This document shows positions 57,385-64,000 of a stretch of DNA of 64,000 nucleotides, one piece after another. Source of the stretch: Glycera tridactyla (lineage: Eukaryota); NCBI GenBank assembly GCA_965644265.1, contig OZ286468.1, positions 14,136,001 through 14,200,000 on the forward strand. The letters run 5' to 3'. The notes beneath the pieces were generated by a model, which had not been told where the DNA came from, searched no databases, and saw only the letters and a program-made list of their open reading frames with translations. The translations under genes were made by a program, and so were the position numbers. Numbering within the stretch: the first letter of the stretch is position 1; every line of letters starts with the position of its first letter.

Positions 57385-60300
57385 CTATTCCTCGAGCGGC
57401 GCCAGGGGCGTCTTACTGAACGTCACCCTCTGATTCTTAGTATCCACCATAATGTTCTGCGCCGACTTAGGCTTCTTAGGGATGACTGGTGAGCCAGGAG
57501 GTACCATCAGAGGTGCTGACTCCTTCTTATCACAATTTGCCACTTGGCTAATTGATGGATAGATAAGCTTAGTGGCCTCAGGAGGATCATAGATACCACT
57601 ACAGCCATATCCATCACACAAGGGTTGACATATCTTAGGGATAATAAAGACCTTATCAGCTACCATGATTTTGAATATCGCTGTGAATCGTCCATTCAAT
57701 AGCTGATTCACGACTCGTTTCTGCCACGGCCAGAGAAATAGATTGGCCGGTGGCGACATCGGATCGCGGCCTAGCTTGTTTCCTATGACTAAGCCTCTCC
57801 AATACACTCCTAGGTAACCCCAGCAGTACCTGTTCACCACGTGATATGGACCAGGATTCCCTAGTCCCATTAAATGATAGTTAGACATCGCTCCTGGTAA
57901 TTTCATGATGAAAATGTCCACTGTATCGACCAAGTTACCCAGCTCCAAATATAAATCGCAACGTGATCTGAGCTTAGTCACGTAGAGTTCACGTAGGAGA
58001 TAAGCCGTGAGAAGAATCAAACCTAGGATGGATACAGTTGAAAGAACCACCACTGATGATGATACAAAATCGGCTAGATCTTCAGGACTCCTCGTTGTCA
58101 TAAGAGAGCCCTCATTTAGCATTGGGAACCGATGGTCTACAAGGGCAGTGTCTTCTGCCAGATTTCGCATAACTTCGTTGGGCGTGTCAAGCATCTTCTG
58201 TGCCTCAGTTGGCTTGATGACACCAGCTATACTATATGCTAGCATGGCCTTTTCTAAGGTCCTATACGACCTCCTAGTATAAACAGCCAATCCTAAGGCT
58301 CCAGAAGCTACTATCATCCCAAGAACTGATAAGACGTTAGCCAGAATGAAAAAGTCGCCTGCGGTATCGAAGACCCACGTACTAGCCGGAAGCTGCTTGA
58401 TAGGATCTACTTCGAGACCTTCCTTAGCCCTTTTCATGACTGAAGCTAGCTTCATAGAATAATCATAATCACGGTTTATATTGACTTGAAAATCATCTCC
58501 TACCCTGATTTTAGGCATAACAGGTAGCCATTTTTCTTTGTAAAGTGAGCTTCCAGTAACCTTGTCGATATCTGTCATGTCGTATACCATTGAAAGAGCG
58601 GCCAGGTTTATCGGGTGATCCACGACAAACTCCTGCGATGGGGGTAAGCAATTGTTAATGCGGGGTGGTAAGGCGGCCGTAGAGATTGAGTTGGAAACAT
58701 GCAACGAGCATTGACATTGAAGCTCTATCTGGCAGTATACACAGCCAGGTCTTTTCTTAGGTAGCTGACCGCCACACTGCAGTAGCATGGTATCGGCGTT
58801 ATGAACAAGGACCCTGCCTTCCCCCACATCTATCAGGTCTACGATGGGATCCATGCTCTCGAACCGGAAACCACAGTGTTTGTCAACCTGCTCTGTACGA
58901 TCTAAGAATATTGAAGCCATACAAGAAGGTTGGTCCATATCAAAGATTTTCAAGACCGAGGTGCATCTGAAAGCAGTCGTGTCATCACATCTGGCCAGCT
59001 GTTTGTGTGACATCTCGATATAATTCATTCTGTCTTCTGTAACACCGAAGTATTCAACTTCGGTTTTCAGTCTTGTAGTCTGTGTGGCAACATCCGTGAT
59101 AGGGGTGTTATGAATCTCTACTGAGTACAGGAAGAAGTCCTTGCTCAAGGATGACAACGGAAATTCCAACGTGATCATGAGATATTGATCGTTGGTCCTA
59201 AAATAATTTACCCTACCAAATCTATAATAATATTGAGGTGAGATCTCTGTGAGATGGGACTTAGGATAGTCATACCTCATCTGATCCTGTAAAGACAAGA
59301 TAGTCTGAGTCAATGTTGCCTCGTCTACCAGATAAGGGCTCAGCTTACCCTGGACCAGATCATGGACTGCTTCCATCATCTGTTCCATCTGGTTTGTTAG
59401 CGCGTGCATTCTTTGCATCATACTAGCCAAGGCGTTTCCACTCAAGATACTGTATCTCATCACCATCCATAACTTGTCATCTACATGCTCCCCCAATGCT
59501 CGCATCTGCTGCTCCATCTCTGTGTGCATAGCTGAGATGGCCCCTGCCAGGTTTTCGAACCTCTGAGATGTAATGTCCATAAACGAAGCTGTCTCAGCCT
59601 GGAACTTAGTGAAACGTCTGGCCAACAGGGCTTGGTTCTCACTAACGTGTTTTACGACGTTAGTGAGCCTTGTGACGTCACTATTGGTAGCCAACCCAAA
59701 CACCTTCTTCCCTAACCAGGAAAAGGGGTTCCAGCGTTTCACCCGACCAGACGTCAGCGCAGGTACGTGGTACTTCACCATATGATTCATATATTCTAAG
59801 TTATCAGAAGTTCGATCTAACAAGGCCATAGTCCGCTTTTGCATAGTTTGTCTATTATTAGCCCACTTTAAGAATTTGGTCCTTTCTAATGCAGATAGAT
59901 TAGCTATATTTTCTTCTCCAGTTTTCGTCGAACTTAGCCAATTTCGCGAGTGAACACGCATATCACGAATTATGTCACGCTTTCCTCTAATCATGGAGGA
60001 TGTTGAATCATTCAATCTGGCGCATCCCAGACTCTCGCATCTATCAGGGGAACTAGTGGGCCCAACGGTTACGTTGACTACGATTGGAGCGCGAGTAGTG
60101 GTAGGTATATCCCACGTCTGATTCATGCAATGTTCTCGTGTTTCATTAATCGGTGTATTGAATAGTCGAGACGCTATGTCCATCAGCAATGATACCTTAC
60201 AGAATTCCTTTTGCCCATCCGTCGGTTTCCGAGCACGGTCGCCCTCCTCCTTCGCCGCGAGAGTCGTCTGTCTCCTCAGCCTGGATCGTTGGTTCGTAAC

Positions 60301-60645
60301 GTTATGCGCGGTTAACGATAGGATGGATGACTGCACTTTGTTCAAGTCTAATATGAGCAAATCACGATATTCCAATAGTTTTTCGACTACATCCGACTCA
60401 CTTTCGCACTGGTTCTTCGCACACTCATCCGGCAGAGCCCCAAAGAGCTGTTTGGTCATTACTTTCGGAATCTTAATGCGAAAAACATGCGTCCATGCGG
60501 ATGCAGACGGATATAGCGTCTTTAGAGGGTGAAAACTGACTCCATAATTAGGTCTACTTACTGGATCTAAATCAGCGGTCACGACCGACAGCCATATCAT
60601 AAGCGCTGGTCCCAATATAGCCCAAAACACCCTCGTAGTCTTCAT
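57385..60645 (-). CDS. env: Envelope / class I fusion glycoprotein (baculovirus-F/errantivirus-like), about 1086 aa
   Basis: Signal peptide MKTTRVFWAILGPALMIWLSVVTA; furin sites RLRR, RGKR and RVKR, the last followed by fusion-peptide-like WNPFSWLGKKVFGLAT; heptad region, Cys-rich ectodomain, TM segments; splice acceptor TTCTCGTCTTGTCTGTTGTAG| 11 nt before the ATG. Confidence 0.88.
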   Translation of the reverse strand: MKTTRVFWAILGPALMIWLSVVTADLDPVSRPNYGVSFHPLKTLYPSASAWTHVFRIKIPKVMTKQLFGALPDECAKNQCESESDVVEKLLEYRDLLILDLNKVQSSILSLTAHNVTNQRSRLRRQTTLAAKEEGDRARKPTDGQKEFCKVSLLMDIASRLFNTPINETREHCMNQTWDIPTTTRAPIVVNVTVGPTSSPDRCESLGCARLNDSTSSMIRGKRDIIRDMRVHSRNWLSSTKTGEENIANLSALERTKFLKWANNRQTMQKRTMALLDRTSDNLEYMNHMVKYHVPALTSGRVKRWNPFSWLGKKVFGLATNSDVTRLTNVVKHVSENQALLARRFTKFQAETASFMDITSQRFENLAGAISAMHTEMEQQMRALGEHVDDKLWMVMRYSILSGNALASMMQRMHALTNQMEQMMEAVHDLVQGKLSPYLVDEATLTQTILSLQDQMRYDYPKSHLTEISPQYYYRFGRVNYFRTNDQYLMITLEFPLSSLSKDFFLYSVEIHNTPITDVATQTTRLKTEVEYFGVTEDRMNYIEMSHKQLARCDDTTAFRCTSVLKIFDMDQPSCMASIFLDRTEQVDKHCGFRFESMDPIVDLIDVGEGRVLVHNADTMLLQCGGQLPKKRPGCVYCQIELQCQCSLHVSNSISTAALPPRINNCLPPSQEFVVDHPINLAALSMVYDMTDIDKVTGSSLYKEKWLPVMPKIRVGDDFQVNINRDYDYSMKLASVMKRAKEGLEVDPIKQLPASTWVFDTAGDFFILANVLSVLGMIVASGALGLAVYTRRSYRTLEKAMLAYSIAGVIKPTEAQKMLDTPNEVMRNLAEDTALVDHRFPMLNEGSLMTTRSPEDLADFVSSSVVVLSTVSILGLILLTAYLLRELYVTKLRSRCDLYLELGNLVDTVDIFIMKLPGAMSNYHLMGLGNPGPYHVVNRYCWGYLGVYWRGLVIGNKLGRDPMSPPANLFLWPWQKRVVNQLLNGRFTAIFKIMVADKVFIIPKICQPLCDGYGCSGIYDPPEATKLIYPSISQVANCDKKESAPLMVPPGSPVIPKKPKSAQNIMVDTKNQRVTFSKTPLAPLEE

Positions 60646-60852
60646 CCTGTCTGCTTCTACAACAGACAAGACGAGAACCAAATTAACCCTAGTCTATAGT
60701 AATTCTCACCCTACTCTCGATTTATGTCGATTTCTATACAGTCCCAATTCTGCCTTCCCATGTCTACATTGCCTATTATTTGTTGTCTTACAGATTGAGA
60801 ATTTCCAGGTTTCCTTTGTGTGAATACTAACCTAGTATTACCAAATCCTAGC

Positions 60853-62202
60853 ATGGCTCCCCACTATCAGGATCTACCCCAATTCTTACGCTCCCTGGTG
60901 GAGGACTTCCTCGCCCACTATGGGGTGAGGCGAGTCGATGTCCTTACCGGAGAGGACGTCCTAGTCCTAGTCCTTCAGGCAGATCGCCAGGACTGGGACA
61001 GGTCCATGGGCGCCGTCCTCACTCGGTATGCCGAGGACCGCACTAGCCAGCTGATCCTGTCAGCATGGCAGGCAGTTCGGAGGGTGGCCATCTCCACCAG
61101 GATTTTGGATTTCGTGCCCAGGCATGCGGATCAGTATTCACTGATCCAGGGCATCGACATGATGTTGGACATCCCCAGGATTCCTCATCAGTCTATCCCT
61201 CCTTTTCCTGGGAACAATGTCCTTCCTCCCCGGACTCCTGAGAGGACCCTTAGGGTGGGGCCCAGAGACCACGCCAATGCGAGGACTCTGTGGTCCGATG
61301 ATGATGGGTTCGATGAACCCTCATCACCTCCTCCCAGGGTCATCTCCAACCCTTGGGATGTGGACTCTGACCTCCCCGATTCTGATCAGGGAGGGACCGT
61401 CCTCCTTCCTGGAGCCCCCTTGGACATCCCTAAGCCGAAGAAGGCTAAGAGGAAGTTCAAGAAGTTTCCTCCCAGGGTACGACCTGTGGCCCTGCCGTCA
61501 GATAGTGACGACTCGGCCTTGTTCGTACCTGCCCTACGAAAACGTCGTCCGTCGTCGGACGACGACGCAGGAGATTCTGTCTTTAGTGATGGCCAGGATG
61601 CTTCTGCGTCCTTAGACCAGGTCTCAGACCATGGTTCAGCCCATGGGTCGGGCAGTCCGTCCAGTTACGTGGACTCCAGTCCTTCTGATCCACCGTTTCC
61701 CCCCAAGAAACCAAAAAAAGATACCCGGGGGAAAAACAAGGGTAAGGGTAAATCCCCCACGGGCTCCCCCCAGGATGCAGGCACCCTTTCTGCTAGCAGT
61801 TCAGTAGACGCCCTGGATCTGACGCAACCACCTCCCCCCATTCCATCCACCTCCAACTCCACTGTCCGTCCCAATGGAAATTCCAGTGTCCGGGACCAGG
61901 CCATTTCCAATGCCCTGTCCCTGGCCCTGGACGTGGCTCTGGGACCCAGTCCTAACCCCACCCCCTCCGGATCCCCTGGCCCTGACCCTATCCCCTCTGG
62001 ATCAGTTGGGCCCCCGTCCGAAGATATGGAGTGGGAGGCCACTGGTCCCGAAGCCCTTATGGAGGACTCGGGTGTACCCCAGGCCTTTCCAGGTACATCT
62101 TCGGAGTATCTGGAATGGATCCTCTGTGGGTTCACCCACATTCCTACTCAAGAGGAGTTGGCGGCCTGGCAGGGAGGGTTAGCCTATTCTTATTTCCATT
62201 AA
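60853..62202 (+). CDS. Antisense ORF of the Gypsy element (449 aa), unknown function
   Basis: Uninterrupted frame from agcATGg; about 100-aa globular-looking N-terminus, then Pro/Ser/Asp-rich region with basic clusters KPKKAKRKFKK, RKRR and KKPKK. Confidence 0.65.
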   Translation: MAPHYQDLPQFLRSLVEDFLAHYGVRRVDVLTGEDVLVLVLQADRQDWDRSMGAVLTRYAEDRTSQLILSAWQAVRRVAISTRILDFVPRHADQYSLIQGIDMMLDIPRIPHQSIPPFPGNNVLPPRTPERTLRVGPRDHANARTLWSDDDGFDEPSSPPPRVISNPWDVDSDLPDSDQGGTVLLPGAPLDIPKPKKAKRKFKKFPPRVRPVALPSDSDDSALFVPALRKRRPSSDDDAGDSVFSDGQDASASLDQVSDHGSAHGSGSPSSYVDSSPSDPPFPPKKPKKDTRGKNKGKGKSPTGSPQDAGTLSASSSVDALDLTQPPPPIPSTSNSTVRPNGNSSVRDQAISNALSLALDVALGPSPNPTPSGSPGPDPIPSGSVGPPSEDMEWEATGPEALMEDSGVPQAFPGTSSEYLEWILCGFTHIPTQEELAAWQGGLAYSYFH

Positions 62203-63017
62203 ACCTTCCCTAGTAACGCTGCTAGTAGGTATTAGAATTGTAGTCGAACGGGGCATTTAGTTTTATTATTTTTATTATTATGTATATATATATTATTTTT
62301 GGTTTCCTCTATTTAACCTCATTTATTCCTATCTACTCTTATTTAATCACGTATTCTGTATATATGTATATACATCCTTATTTTTATAACATCAGATGTC
62401 TTCTCAACCTATCTCATCTATGTTGCCCATTATTATCCTCCTTATCCAGTCTGTCACCCAATTTCTTTCCTTCCTCTGCCGGACTGCTCCCTGTACCTCC
62501 CGCAAGACACAGAGCAGTCCTTACTAACCTCCTGGTAAATTCTCATATTCTACCCGCTACTTCTGGTCGAAGGAGAACCCCACAAGTCCAGCCAAGTTCA
62601 CCACACCACACCCTCACAAGGTGAGTACAATCACATCTTTTTACAGATCTCTCTGCTTAAGGACCCAAGGTGGCAGGACCCTTTGGTGCACCTATATACA
62701 GGACAATACAACATAAACTACTCACACCAGATAGCTATCAAAGAATCTGTTGGCTACAGTTCATTCAAACTCAGATTCCGGCAAATCAATGCACATCTCA
62801 CTATAGCCCCGAGTGGCGTAATCAAGCTAATGCGTGTTCGTTTTCACACAGCTATCTTACAGCAAACTCGGTTGATTCCGCTATCACCATGCGTATATCT
62901 ATATACCAACATTAATACAGAGGCGGCTAGGGCGGCGTCTTCCAAGGTCATCTCATTGTGACCCCAGATATCGCCTAATTGTATTTCTATAGCCCAACCT
63001 AGCCTTACCTCGAGCGC

Positions 63018-64000
63018 TCACATGGATTTGTCATCGGGCAGCAGCTTAAATGGCGGATATTCGTACGTGACGCTTCCTCGCGCCACGCTTATAGTCGGAT
63101 CGGCGAAGATCACGACCAACGCCGCAGAATCGCCTCCGTCGTTCAGTCTCTCGTGTAAAGCTGCTTGACTTCGAGTCATAGGGCCGCGGGAGCGCAAAAC
63201 TGGGCGGTTTTCGACGGCTGGGGTAGCCGATTTCTTAGCCTTGACCAAAGAGTGTCTAACCAAATCACGTGGCCCCGGATCTGCTCTCACTCTGTCATCG
63301 TTGGGCGTGACATCTTCTAAGTTCAAATTGCGCAATCTACTCTCGGTTTCATCACGAAAAAGCGACAATTTGTTGCCATGTATAAGTGAGCCATACAAGA
63401 CATTTGTTCTTACATCCTGTAGCTTAAATAATACACCGCCTAGGGTGTCTATGATTCGATATGGGCCTAGTCGTTGATCATCAGTTTTGCCTACTGCCTG
63501 ACCCGCTGGCCTGGCGGTTTTCATCCATACTAGATCACCTATCTGGAACTTAAATTTGCTCACTTTGTATCTTTGCTCGTACACCTGTTTGTACTTCTGA
63601 GCAGATTTCCGGATATTCTCTCTTGCTATCTCTCGATGTGCATTTAATTCCGGCAGTAATGCTTCCATTACTGTCTGCTCGTCCCTCAACAGTAATGAGG
63701 GATCTCTGACATGACAATACTCTCCAACCGAAGTATCCACCCCTGTAGCCAAAAACATAGGTGAATACCCAGAGCTATGTGAAACTGAAGTGTTTAGGTT
63801 CAATCTCACCACTGGCAGATATCTAACCCACTCTTTGGTCTTGCTTACGAGCATCCTAAGTAAAGACAGAATGGAACTATTGACTCTCTCAACCTTGGCA
63901 TTACTTTCGGGTCTATGGCTACTTGTGAACAGACGCTTGTAGCCTAACTGCTTGGCTAATTCCTTCATGAGCAAACTTCTGAAACTCTGATGTCTGTCTG
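63018..64000 (-). CDS. pol: Pol C-terminus: integrase core and GPY/F module (5'-truncated by the window edge)
   Basis: SDRHQSF...TSSHRPESNAKVERVN...NTSVSHSSGYSPMFL; FQIGDLVW...LGPYRI. Confidence 0.92.
   Translation of the reverse strand, partial: DRHQSFRSLLMKELAKQLGYKRLFTSSHRPESNAKVERVNSSILSLLRMLVSKTKEWVRYLPVVRLNLNTSVSHSSGYSPMFLATGVDTSVGEYCHVRDPSLLLRDEQTVMEALLPELNAHREIARENIRKSAQKYKQVYEQRYKVSKFKFQIGDLVWMKTARPAGQAVGKTDDQRLGPYRIIDTLGGVLFKLQDVRTNVLYGSLIHGNKLSLFRDETESRLRNLNLEDVTPNDDRVRADPGPRDLVRHSLVKAKKSATPAVENRPVLRSRGPMTRSQAALHERLNDGGDSAALVVIFADPTISVARGSVTYEYPPFKLLPDDKSM

Larger units (their letters stand above)
54514..64000 (-). mobile_element. Env-bearing Ty3/Gypsy (Metaviridae-like) LTR retroelement, 3' portion; 5' part lies beyond the window
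   Basis: Integrase with GPY/F module, intact F-type env and an LTR-like terminal region. Left boundary uncertain. Confidence 0.85.

Overview
This is eukaryotic (animal) genomic DNA. The repeat landscape suggests a marine invertebrate, possibly a mollusc, but that is inference. Three things dominate. (1) An intronless host NRARP gene (13252-13608) with CSL/Su(H)-type sites upstream, set among MITEs, SINE-like repeats and microsatellites. (2) A complete 21,139-bp Maverick/Polinton endogenous virus (21300-42438) with 245-bp TIRs, AGTAGT...ACTACT ends and a TTATTA 6-bp target-site duplication. Its core genes are uninterrupted: pPolB, packaging ATPase, integrase, minor and major capsid, protease. 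It carries unusual cargo: a 67-aa GADD34/ICP34.5/DP71L-like PP1-eIF2alpha adaptor, a NADAR-like domain fused to the pPolB C-terminus, a C3HC4 RING protein, a PC4-like protein and a predicted three-exon transmembrane protein with a Pro-rich/acidic tail. (3) The 3' part of an env-bearing Ty3/Gypsy element (about 54514 to beyond 64000, minus strand) with an intact F-type envelope gene and a 449-aa antisense ORF between pol and env. All protein assignments come from motif recognition by eye; no database searches were run.
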